Assembly (NCBI GenBank): GCA_951406725.2
Contig: OX597838.1
Span: 20,708,001 to 20,772,000 of the forward strand
Source of the DNA: Octopus vulgaris
Taxonomy: Eukaryota
Reading direction: 5' to 3'
Length of the DNA stretch: 64,000 nt
The translations under genes were made by a program, and so were the position numbers. Shown one piece after another: positions 37,385-50,590 of this stretch; positions within the stretch are counted from its first letter, which is position 1, and every line of letters begins with the position of its first letter. The notes below the pieces were generated by a model. That model saw nothing but the letters and a program-made list of their open reading frames with translations. It was not told where the DNA came from and made no database searches.

Positions 37385-39291
37385 TATTACAACTACACAA
37401 ACTTGTCGAAATACGTAACAGGATATGGAATCTAGCAGATAACAGTCGTAAAAGCAGGGCCGCCAGATCACAGAAAACCACAAAGATTAAACATAGAATC
37501 ATTACATACTTTATCATAAGACATTGAAACTATGTATGAAGAAAAGATTCGTATGTATGTACTATGTGCATGTCTAATTCCTTCAAACTACTCATTTCTG
37601 AAGAAACTTAATAGCACTTGAATCAGCAGCAGCGGCAGCTAGTGAAAATGGGAGAAATAGGTTTTAAACAACCAGCAAACATAGCAGGTATTGTCGTCTC
37701 TAAAGGAAGAGGTTGTGTGGCAAGTGATGGGTGCGGAGATATGCACTGTTATTACAGGTAGCATCTGCAGTAGAGATAAAGGAACGGAATCTAGGCATCT
37801 AGCACTATCCCAGTAAAATATAACCAAAGAGTACCGAGCAAGGACTAGCATAAATTATCATTCAGAGTTGGCACAAGAAATCAATAAAGCAAAAGCGGTA
37901 TCAATGCGCTAAATGAGCACCCCATATCAACGGACCATGCAGTATACATACGCACATACATATACAGGCACAAATAGATTTCTGCTTTACGAATCTTTAT
38001 ATGAGTGGGGTGGAAGAAATGATAAAACTGTGCCGTTCATACTACCATTTCTAATATCAGTGGCGACTTCTGTTTCGCGATTTCATCTGGAAATCGAAAC
38101 CATACCCTATGACATAGACGTTCAGCCGCACGTCCAACAAACAGATAGTCAGCGGCGCCGTGACAAGAGCGATGACATTGACATTATAAAAATGTCACAG
38201 CCTTATAATATAAATACAATTTTAGTCGAGTCAGTCTCTTGCTACTCAGAGTTTCACCCATATATAGGTGCCCAGGATCTGTAATGCAGAAATTGGTGAC
38301 GTAATGGTCAAATGCAGATTTAAAAAGTTACCCAATTATTGCTAGTTAAATCAACATTCCGAGGCTATTTGCTATTATCATATAGTCATCAGGACCGCCA
38401 ATCCAAAGTAATTTATATAGCAACGCAGCTTTAACAACTAAATATTATAAAATAATAGACAGACATTGTTTAAACAAGGCAGTTTGACAAGCCTACATCA
38501 CACTTCCCTTTTCATCAAATACAATTTGAAACTTTTTCTTCCATATCTAAGACCCGTTATACTAGTCCACAGTTGATTTTCTAAGCGGGTTAACTTCAAA
38601 TACTTAATATATTACCAAGGATAATATATTATAAATGAATTAACTAACACTCTCAATTTGAAGTACCTTAAAGATATTTTAAGCACCAATTTGAGAAAGT
38701 CCCACAAATGTCACTAAAATCACAGTTTTAAAATCATTTTTTAAGATAGTACTTTGGACAGATGAGGTCTTCAACCTTTTTTAATTGATTAAAAAGATTT
38801 GGGTCATTATCTACTGAACAAAATAAGATAAGACATAAACAGTTGATAAATTTAATACACGTCTGATGTAGAAACACGTACAAGAAATATATTTTTCTTT
38901 AATCGCTCTTAGAAGACAGCTGTAAAGATTGTTACCACCAGTGGGGGTTAAAAAAAAAAAAAAGTGACATTATTGATGAAATCTTAACACCAAAGTTTAA
39001 ACATCATGAAATGCAGAAAGAAATTTGGAGACGGTTTATATCGCGTCTCCTTTTTGAAACATTGGTTTTTTTCCGAGATTTATATATTTGGGTGATTGAC
39101 TTGATGTGTATATATTGTGAGAGGAACCTACAATTGTTACATTGTAATGTAGATCAATGTAGCGAAAAATTAATATATATCCCTGTCGGTCGAAACAATT
39201 AGTTGAACTGCACTTTATATATATATATATATAATTATATACAGACACACTTAACCGTGGTTATTTAATATTCGGTTATTGTATGCTTTGA

Positions 39292-39369
<78 letters not shown>

Positions 39370-39889
39370 GCTGAATATTCCATATACGCTTGTACCCTTA
39401 ACGTAATCCGTCTTCCAGCACGATCAGGTGATTAGAGTCGTGTGTAGCAATCGAATTACAGGTAACAGAAGTTACCGGAGAGGTAACTAGTTTTTACTAT
39501 TTTACTAGTTTCAGGGAATCAGGAGGGTGGGTGGGGTGGGGATAAATAGATACACACACGGCCCTCAATATCTTACTGGTACTCATTTGGGTCGACGCAA
39601 GGGACAAAGAAATATGTAGCTCGCCCCCCCCCGTCCCCGACCCCAAACCCACCAGGATTTGTGAAGCTAAAAGAAAATTAAGGATTAAAGTGTGCAAAGC
39701 GAAATATTGAAGTTAAATAGTCAGTTTCACGAATATCATCGATGACGTCACTGATTCCGTGATCAGTGGTATTCGATATATATATATATATATTGCAGTA
39801 GAAGAAATAACCAAATTTTTGGCTGCTATTTCTAAAAAGCTCGGTATGTGGTAAAGCAAATTATTTTACTTTACCCTATCTTTATAAAG

Positions 39890-39927
<38 letters not shown>

Positions 39928-40337
39928 TTAATTATGCATATAACAATGATTTATTTGGTGTATATAGCACCATATATATACATACACACACACATTAATT
40001 ATGCGTTTATTAATATTAAAGTTATAACACATTTGTGTATAATTTATGTTAGTCTGCACATATGCATCTGTGAAGATTGAGCAATATATATATATATAGA
40101 TATTTGGTATAAGCACACAGAGTGACTCGAGGATCGAGAGTTTCGTGCGTTGGCACTTACCATAATAATATATTAAAATGGACAATATATAATAATATAT
40201 TAGTCTTATAAAGTGTCAACGCACGAAACTATCCGGCCCTTGAGAGTTACTCTCTTGCTTCTGCTAAATATTAAATAAAACAAATATGCAAATTACTCAG
40301 ATTTTAAATCTTTAATATCCTGATTGCACCATCGAAC

Positions 40338-40386
<49 letters not shown>

Positions 40387-40501
40387 TGTCCTAGAGGGTG
40401 ACAAGGTGACAACTTGAAAAAGAAGCTGTCTTGCTACAAAGTAGAAAGATGACTCTGAAGGTGAAAAAATATTTAATCCATAATCGTTAGTCCAACATCT
40501 C

Positions 40502-40536
<35 letters not shown>

Positions 40537-40553
40537 AGCATACATACATTGAT

Positions 40554-40590
<37 letters not shown>

Positions 40591-42050
40591 CCTAATATAT
40601 TTATACCCATGCATGTATAATTAATATAAGCATGTTGAGTGTTTCTAATAATATTAGCCAATGTCCAAGACATCTGCGAATATATACAGAATTTATCAGA
40701 CAGAAACAAGAGAAGACAAGAAAATGAAAATATCTATTGTGCTACAAAAAAATAGCTAATGGTTTCTCTTCAGTTTTTCTTCTTTTTTGTTCGTTTAGTT
40801 TAAATTAAAAGCCAATAATTAGGGGGAAAAAAAGACAAAAAAAAAAAAGGTTTTTCTTTTCTTTAAAATTATTATTAATCAGTAACAGAAACATAGAATG
40901 AAATGTAAAGTATAAAGCCTGAAAAATATCACCTTCAAGGACGTTGTGTCAAGGACACCAAGTCAAGGTCATAGGAATGGAGATTATATATATATATATA
41001 TATAATAAGAGATATTACATATTCATTCGTGTTTAAAAGCTTATTAAATAACATTGATAGTGCTGAAGGCTTTCAGGTTTAACAACAAAAAGGGTGAGAG
41101 GTTAAAGGGATTGCAACTAATAGGGGTGATATAATAAGATTTTTTACCCTTTGTCCTTAGTTAAGATGAGGATGTGCTCAAAGTGACGGCTTCAAGACGA
41201 AGACGCTGTGGTTGGGATAGATAGTTATATATATATAGTTGTATAGATTGCTCTATGTACATATATGGGCATAACTCGTGACCACGAGAACTGACACCGC
41301 AAAAAAAATAATATTTATTGAATATATTTTCGAAATTACAAATAAGATAAATGTTTGTTTAGCAAATAAATTCTGTTTAATTAAAAAAGTTTTGTTGTAT
41401 TTTAGTATTTAGTGTAATATTTTTTTTTTTTAAATCGGAAATATAGAGAAAATAGCGATAAAAAAATATTAATAGTGTCGTGGAGTGTCGTTCGTGGTCG
41501 GTAATTTCCGTCTTGTTCTCGGTAATGTACGCCACCAGCTCCGTTAATCATCTAATGCTGCTGCTGCTGTAGCTATTGCTACTACTTGTTAGTAGTGCTG
41601 CTGCTGCTGCTACTACTTGTTATAGTACCGCTGCTGCTGCTACTACTTGTTAGTACCGCTGCTGCTGCTGCTGTTTACTACCGTTAGATAGTATAGCTCG
41701 GTGTTTGTGATTCACAAGTAGTAAACATGGAAGTTGGTAGATAGGCTTAATATTTATATTTCACGTCAGTGACAGCCAACAACAACCCCGACGGAAATCA
41801 TTCATTTAAATCCAAATTAAGACCAAATTAAAACACCCCGCCTTCTCTCTCTATCTCTACAATCACAACCAAAAATTTATATCAAGTTTTTTAAAGGAAT
41901 CGTCAGTGCGTTATGTCATGGTGATCTGTAGACAACTGTGTTGGCTTCACTAACTTTTTTGACTTTTTTTTTTTACCCACTGCTGAAACTTTCCAAAAAA
42001 AACCGACAACAAAACTTAATCAAAACCATTTTTTTCTCTCAACACAAACT

Positions 42051-42103
42051 ATGAGACCCGTCATTGAATTTAGGGAATGTCTGAAAGACTCACCATACTT
42101 CAG
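42051..42103 (+). CDS. ACAP: ACAP/centaurin-beta family ArfGAP (BAR-PH-ArfGAP-ankyrin), first coding exon
   Basis: ATG...TTC AG|GTAAGT encodes MRPVIEFRECLKDSPYFR, matching the ACAP N-terminal motif (xDFEECLKDSPRFR), with a consensus donor in phase 2. Later exons were not found in the window. Confidence 0.85.
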
Positions 42104-45100
42104 GTAAGTCAAGATTTATTGCTTATCGCTTTTTCCTAAACCGATCATTCTTTCCTTAAGTTATTCTTCTCAGTTTCTTTCTTTCTTTATTTGTTTCCTT
42201 CCTTCTTTCTTTCTTTGCCTTTCTGTCTCTTAAACGCCTATTTTTCTACCTGTCTGTCTATCTGTCTCTAAATACCTGTTTAATAGTCTATCTATCTGTA
42301 AATGTCTGTCTGTCTATGTATCTCTGAATGTCTGTTTATCTATCTATCTGTCTATCTATCTATCTATTTATCTCTCTCTATCTATCTATTTATCTCTCTC
42401 TCTAAACGCCTGTCTCTCCCCAAATGTCTGTCTATCTAACAGTCTATCTGTATCTGTCTACCTGTATTTAACTCTCTATCTGTATCTGCCTGTCTATTTT
42501 TACCTGCTTACTTATCTATCTGAATCTATCTAACTCACTGTCTATCCGTATCTATCTTGTTATCTATCTATCTGTCTATGTCTACTCTGATCGATTTGTC
42601 TACGTCTTCGAAGAATTCCTTTCCTTATTTTTCGAAACCTCTATCTTTCAAATAGTTTCCTTTCCGGAATTAACCGTGTCTATGACAGGGGTGGGAGTGA
42701 AGAAATGAATACAAAAAAAAAAAAAAACGAAAATATATAAATAGCAACACCTAATTGTTTAATGAGAAAATAAACTACCACCAGGACGATTCGGCAGAAT
42801 TTGCACACAAAATACCGGATAAAATGTCTCGCAGTAATTTCGCCTCGTCATTCTATGTTCTGTACTCAAACTCGGCCCTTGGTCGAGTTTTTTAACCTCC
42901 TTTTGCGTATTCATTTTTTCCAAGTTTGATAATTTAATCTATTACACACTTCTGCTTGTAATGTCGCTCAACCAATGCCCTTGTGACAATAAATTAATCA
43001 TTGTTATTTATCGTCATGATGATTTAATATTATTAAAATAAGCGCCCGTTAAGTAAGTACTGCCGGGGCAGCTTAATTGGCAGCATCTCCCCCCCGCCTC
43101 GTCCTCTTAGATTCGTGGCCTTTTGCCAATGTTATAAATAATTTTTTTTCATTACAGGAAGAGAGCCTCGTCCGAAATGCCCTGTATTTTTTTACGTTCT
43201 GAATTCAAATCCCGCTGAGGTCAGCTTTGCCTTTGATCCCTCCGGGGCTCGATAAAACCAAGTGTCAAACAAGTATTGAAGTTGATATAATCGATTGTTC
43301 CCTTTCCCCCCCTCCAATTTCTGGCCTTGTGCCTATCTCAGAAACTAATTCGACTGTTCCCCCTTTCCACAAATATTTTTGTCTTGTACTTATGAAAGAA
43401 ATGTTTAAGGGCAATGGATTAGTAGAATCGTTAATTGATTACTTCGCAATAATTTGTTCTAGCACTTTACGTTTATGACCCCGAATCCTGTCGAGGCCCG
43501 AGATCAACCCTGCCTTTCACTCTTCTCGGGTCCGACAAAATGCTAATCAGATGTGGAATCGACATTAATCGGAATATGGCCCTCTCTCTCTCTCTCAAAA
43601 ATCTGTGTCCTTGTGCTTTCTTTACGCTTAACAGATCATTGCAGATTCCAATTTTAACTTTTATCCTTCTGGAATCGATTAAACTACGTACCAGTGAACT
43701 ATTTAGTCAATTGATATGATCAGCTGGTCTTATCCACCCTCAGAATTTGTGTCGTTTTGTATAATTTTGAAAACATAATTACTACTCTAAGCTAGCCCCA
43801 AATAATTGAACAGATGTCTGATCAAAAGTGTTTCAGACGCAAACCCCCTTATATTTTTTAGAAATATGTAGCACAACATCTACATTTATCTGAATATCTT
43901 TCCGCCCCCATCTATTTTTTTTTAAACTGTGCGATTTGTGGGAGATTTGACTGCTATTTGTATTAAGTCGAACGAATTCCTTAAGAGCCCCCACAATTAC
44001 GTGTCTGCTTTTAATGTTGGTTCTCGTGTGTTATAAAGCAGGCTAAACACTTTTTCCTCATTTCCTCTCCCGCAGTGACTAGATATTTTAGGTTTCAAAG
44101 TAAGGAACGGCTCGCGTAATTAAACCTACACCAAGAACGGAAGAACAACCAGAGGACCTCTATGGAGTCTCTCGACATGTTAAACGTTCAAATTTCCTTT
44201 AAAGTTCCTTAAAAATATACCCCTGTCGTTTTAAAATGGAGTGATACTAGGGACAACGTAGTTCTTGATATATAAGTTAAAAGACAGGGTGGTCGTGGGA
44301 GTGATTGCCTTTCATCATTGAACCAGACCATTACCAAGGAAGGAACCTCTATGTGGTCGCACGACTTGCTAGAAATAGCAGCCAAATCTCTAAATTACAC
44401 TATCCGCCAAAAAGGCAGGATGGTCATGGAAGGGAATTCCTTTTTATCATCGAACAAGAGCATAACCGATGAAGGAGCCTCTCTATGTGGCCGCTCGAAT
44501 TTGTAGAAATAGTAGACGGATCTCTGAAATTACTCTCTACCGCCAAGAAAGCAGGATGGTCACGATAAGGAATAACCGACGAAGGAACCGCTGTGCGATC
44601 GCTCGAATTGCTAGAAATAGCATCTATATCTCTCCATCTCTTTGAAATTACATTCTACCGATAAGAAAAGGGTGTCACACACTAGATAACGCAATCTCAG
44701 GTACTCAGACTTCCGAAGATAGAATAGAATAGAATGGAATGGTTGTAACAGCTTTGAGCGCAGCTTCGCTCGTTCAGGACTGACCAGTAGCTTAACAACA
44801 AGATAACATTATCATCCATTAACGATTGCCGCCTCCCCTTAGGTTTTTGTTTCGTTCTCCATCCAAAGAGGGAAATTTCATTTAGAATTTTCTTCTTTCG
44901 CCTGGGTTCATTATTCAGTCCATCGCCACCTACCTTTTTTCTGTCATAAAAGTTGTTGCCATTAAGTTTAAACTGTTGTTTCGTCTCAATTCATGGCCGG
45001 AAGGTGTCCCAAACACGACCACCTCTCTTGTTTGCTACTATGTCTATCTATGACTTCATCGTCCAATGTGTGTCTGTTCTTCGTTTCGAATACAGTAGAT

Positions 45101-45481
45101 AGTGTGATTTAAAGGGAGGGATTTAGGTTATTTCTAGCGGGTCGAGCGACTCGCGTTGGCTCCGTTTTACCATTTAATGAGGTGTGTTCGTGCCTATGCC
45201 TGAGTGGAATGCATACATGTGAGGGTTGTATGTATGTCTGTAAATGTATGCGAGTAGATTGTGTGTGCATTTGTGAGTGGAGTATGTGTTGTATGTATGT
45301 TTGAGTGTGAGTAAACTGTGAGTGGAATGCGTGTGTGTATGGTGTATGTATGTCTTTAAGTATAATATATATGACTGCCAGAGAAAACGATGTGTGCATG
45401 TGTGTGTGAATAAAAGAAAGCTTTAAAGTAGGAGCAAGGGAATGTGGTAGAGTGTGCTTGTAAGAAATGCACGATTGTGTG

Positions 45482-45517
<36 letters not shown>

Positions 45518-46269
45518 TGTGAATGTGTAAGTGCGTGTTTGAAAACATGTGCCTGCGAATAAAAGAATGTGTGTTATTAGCGAGACTAAGTGAAAGAGTT
45601 TAGCGAACTAATAAGTGTCTCTCTGTGTGAAAGTGAAAGATAGTGAATAAATACTACAGACGAGTGAAAGGCAAGTGTGGGTTAAATAGAAAACCCGAGT
45701 AAACCGAGTGTCGGCGCAGGTTTGTGTGTAATACAAAAAATAGAGCGACATGACAGCAATTTAAAACCGAGGAAATAATTGAATAGATAAAAGGACAAAG
45801 TACGGTGTTTTATAAGAAATTGGTTGGTCGTGTTTTAGCGGCTATGGAGTTTATTGTTACTGCTCTTTTAAGTGGGGCGACCTGTTTTGTTGTGCTGGTG
45901 AACCCTTGCAGTTTATTCTGGTGACATAATGACAACTGTTCCATTTTGGTAAAGACTATTAAAGCGACGAACAACTGTCCTCCTTCCTTGACAAAAAACA
46001 TGTTTCCTTAAGAGACATTTCCGAGACATAATTAGCCCCACATGGGTGTGTGTGTGTGTGTGTCTACATATGCTTACTTGATATTAGTAATATCAGATTA
46101 TTATTTTTGTGGTTATTGTGGCGGTATGCATTATACAAGAATACGGCATGCATTATACAAGTAGCATGCATTATACAAGAACGGTTTACCCGACTCTCGC
46201 TCACCATGCATTCGTATAGTAATACGCTTCATATACTTATCAATACATACTGACATCTGTTACGCACAC

Positions 46270-47483
46270 GTGTATATGTGTACATACATACATACATGTA
46301 CATATATTTATATACACACGCATTACACTTATATTTACACATACCCATACATAGATACATGTATATATATATGTATGCACGCAATCGTGTATGTATATAT
46401 GCATATACATACCTGTAGGTATATGTATATATATACGTGTATGTATATATATATGTGTGTATATAGACATGTATATATATATATATGTGTGTATATACAG
46501 ACATGTATGTGTATATATGTATATACAGACATGTATGTGTATATATGTATATACAGACATGTATATATATATATGTGTATATATATGTATATATAGACAT
46601 GTTTGTATATGTATGTATATATATAGACGTGTGTATATGTATGTATATATATAGACGTGTGTATATGTATGTATATATAGACATGTGTATATGTATATAT
46701 GTATGTATATATAGACATGTGTATATGTATATATGTATGTATATATAGACATGTGTATATGTATATATGTATGTATATATAGACATGTGTATATGTATAT
46801 ATGTATGTATATATAGACATGTGTATATGTATATATATATGTATATATAGACATTTGTGTCTATGTATATATAGACATTTGTGTCTATGTATATATAGAC
46901 ATTTGTGTCTATGTATATATAGACATTTGTGTCTATGTATATATAGACATTTGTGTCTATGTATATATAGACATTTGTGTCTATGTATATATAGACATTT
47001 GTGTCTATGTATATATAGACATTTGTGTCTATGTATATATAGACATTTGTGTCTATGTATATATAGACATTTGTGTCTATATATGTATATATAGACATTT
47101 GTGTCTATATATGTATATATAGACATGTGTCTATATATGTATATATAGACGTGTGTATATATGCATATATAGACATGTGTGTATATATGCATATATAGAC
47201 ATGTGTGTATATATGCATATATAGACATGTGTGTATATATGCATATATAGACATGTGTGTATATATGCATATATAGACGTGTGTATATATGTATATATAG
47301 ACGTGTGTATATATGTATATATAGACGTGTGTATATATATACATGTATATATATGTATATATATATATATATATAGACATGTATGTATATACAGACAGGT
47401 ATGTATTAATGTATATACATACATGTGTATGTATACCCATATATACATGTGTGTGTGTGTTTACACACACACATACATACACA
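46270..47483. repeat. Complex TA/TG-derived minisatellite including a 24-bp unit ATATATAGACATTTGTGTCTATGT
   Basis: About 10 perfect 24-mers at about 46845-47100 flanked by related units; generates the spurious long ORFs. Confidence 0.9.
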
Positions 47484-49769
47484 CAATAGTACTGTTGAAC
47501 AACAGCTGTGATATTATATAGACGGAATAATCTATATAATAACAGTCGCCATATTTGTGCCCAAATCTGTCTTTGAGACTAGCAAAGATAGAATATTTAA
47601 GTGGTTATTCTACGTTTGTCTGCTAGAAGACTTTGTCTTGCCTTAACTGTCATCTCTTCCCATCTCTGCCACGCCCATTTCATCTTTATTTCTTCCCTGC
47701 TATGTGTGTGTGTGTGTGTGTATGTATGCATGCGTGCGTGTTTCTTGTAAGCTACTTGTAAAAAAATAAACCTAAGTAAAACTATAATTATGAATGCCTA
47801 TGTAGATACACATATACAGACTTAATCTGTCTCTCTAGTGTATAAATGCATGCATGCATACATGCGTGTTCATATATACGTTTATGTATAGGAGGTGTGT
47901 ATACTCGCCGACGTGCCTTATATGTACGAAAATGCATGTGCATATGCAACTCTAAGCTTTGCACTTCACCTGCAAGTGTGCATCATACACGCATGCATGC
48001 ATAGCCTTATTTTTAGTTTGTGTATCTGAGTGTGCATGTGTGTGTGTTGTGCGTACGAGCAATACATTCCATGACAGAACACGGAATCCAGTATCTTTGG
48101 TAATTTCTGTTTTTAGCGGTAGACATCTGGGTTCAGATCTCGTCGAGGTCGATAAATAATCCTCACCAACACACACGGGGGGAGTCGGTCGATTACATCT
48201 CGTTTACACTGTCCTTATTTCCCTACAAACACTAAACCAGGTCGGCTTTCATCAGGTCTTCGTTCCGAGTTCAAACCCCGCCGAGGTCGACGTCACCTTT
48301 CAATCCTTTCGGGGTCGATAAAATAAAATAAAATAAAATATCAGTCACGCATTATGGTCGGATACAATCGTCTTGTCCTTTCCCTCCAATTTGCTGGCCT
48401 TGTGTCTAGCAGAATCGTCAGCACGCCGGATAAAAATGCTGAGCGGCATTTCGTCCGTCTTTCTGAGTTCTGAGTTCAAATTTCGCCGAGGTCGACTTTG
48501 CCTGTCGTCCTTTCGGGGGTCGATAAAGTAAGAACCAGTCGAGTACTTGGGTCGATGTATTCTTCTACCCCCCATCTTTCAAAATTGCTGACCTTGTGCC
48601 AAAATTAGAAAGAATTGTTATTTATACTAGCAGAACTTGAATTTGGAATGTTAAGCGAGGTATTAAGGCGGCGAGCTGGCAGAATCGTTAGCACGCCGGG
48701 CGAAATGCGTAGCCGTATTTCGTCTGTCGTTACGTTGTGAGTTCAAATTCCGCCGAGGTCGACTTTGCCTTTCATCCTTTCGGGGTCGATAAATTAAGTA
48801 CCAGATGTAATCGACTTAATACTTATGTCTGTCCTTGTTTGTCCCGTCTATGTTTAGCCCCTTGTGGGTAATAAAGAAATAGGTATTAACTCTCGTTTTT
48901 ATGGCGATGTTAATAATAATAATAATAATTTAAGTATTAATATTTGGTAGCTGGGGAGAGGTGGATTTGTAAAAATGTAACCTATGGCCAATGTAAGTAA
49001 CCATTTGCCTGATGTTTCCAACCCTTCACTTTCTGAATTCCTTTAAATCCCATCGGAATTGATACGGTGGGGTAGCATTGAGGCAGACCTAGGTCGATCT
49101 TTCTCAACAATACTTATTGTATATTAATTACCTCCTCGCTTCCACTACCCACCGCCAGTAATGGGTGGCCTTGCGTTTTTGTTAGACTTTATTATTATTA
49201 TTATTATTATTAATATTTGTGTTTTCCGTGCCAGGCTGCGTTAGGTGACACAAGTGTTGAAAGATGTCGGTTTGAGGTCAACAGTACTTAACAACATAAA
49301 GCTCGTAAAAAAAAAATATATATTAAAAATAGGGGGTGAAAAAACAACAAGAAACCCAAACTCATCGCGGCAAGTCTTCCTGCTTTTCAGATGACACATC
49401 AGTCGTGTGTGTCTTTTTGTCTTTGTCTCTCTCTCTCTTTATCTCTCTCTATCCCAATTCATGTGTAACAGGACCCACGATCAGCTGAAACTGATGATGC
49501 GTTGTTGATGATGACAGCTCACACAACCTCGTACAGTCACTCTCTCGCTCGGCGGCTCTGATATCTTCGTATTATCATTTTTTGAAAAAAATTAAAACAA
49601 TTTCTCTGCCGCGTTTTCTACATAATTTATGTAGTGCTATGTGTGTAATTATGTATTATGATGATGTTCTAATCATTTCGTTATATGTAATTCCCAACAC
49701 TTAAATGTTTTCTACGCATTGCTTCGCCTCACCCATCGCCCTGGTGGCAAATAAAAGAAATCATTATTA

Positions 49770-50590
49770 TAATAGTTCAAATTCTGCCTAGGTTGATTTT
49801 GCCTTTCATCCTTTCGGGGTCGAAAAATTAAGTATCATTTGAGTACTGGGGTCGATGTAATCAATTTAACCTCTCCTCAAAATTTCAGGCCTTGTGACTG
49901 TAGCAGAAAGGATTATTATTATTAAGGCGGCGAGTTGGCAGAATTGTTAGCACGCCGGACGAAATGCGTAGCGGTATTTTGTCTATCTTTACGTTCTGAG
50001 TTCAAATTCCGCTGAGGTCGACTTTGCCTTTCATTCTTTCGGGGTCGATAAATTAAGTATCAGTTGCATACTGGGGTCGATCTAATCGATTAGCCCCTCC
50101 ACCAAAATTTCGGGTCTTATGCCTAGAGGAGAAAAGATTATTATTACTATTATTATTGAGGTGGCGAGCTGGCAGAATCGTTAGCACGCCGGACGAAATG
50201 CTTAACGGCATTTTGTCTGTCTGCACGTTCTGAGTTCAAATTCTGCCAAGGTCGACTTTACAGTTTATCTTTTTGGGGTCAATAAATTAAGTACCAGTGA
50301 AACACTGAGGTCGAGGTAATCGACTGGTCCGCTCTCCCCAAATTTCAGACCTTGTGTCTTTAGTAGAAAGGATTATTATTATTAAGGCGCTGAGCTGGCA
50401 GAATCATTAGCAGACCAAATGAAAAGCTTAGTGATTTTTCTCCTGTTGCTATGTTCTAAGTTCAAGTTCCACCGAGGTTGACTTTGCCTTTCGTCCTTTC
50501 AGGGTCGATAAATTAAGCATCAGTTGAGTATTGGGGTCAGTGTAATTGACTTAACCCCTCCCTTTAAATTCAGCCCTTGTGAAAGGGTTA
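49770..50590 (+). mobile_element. Head-to-tail array of about 4 family A SINEs separated by (ATT)n
   Basis: Heads at about 49925, 50158 and 50385, period about 230 nt. Confidence 0.8.

Noticed and set aside
46229-47521. Long ORFs up to 311 aa rich in Y/I/H/T
   Set aside because: Translations of TA/TG minisatellites; open in many frames on both strands.
48225-48262. Minus-strand CTGATGA plus a short stem
   Set aside because: No GAAA immediately after the stem and no stem I partner.
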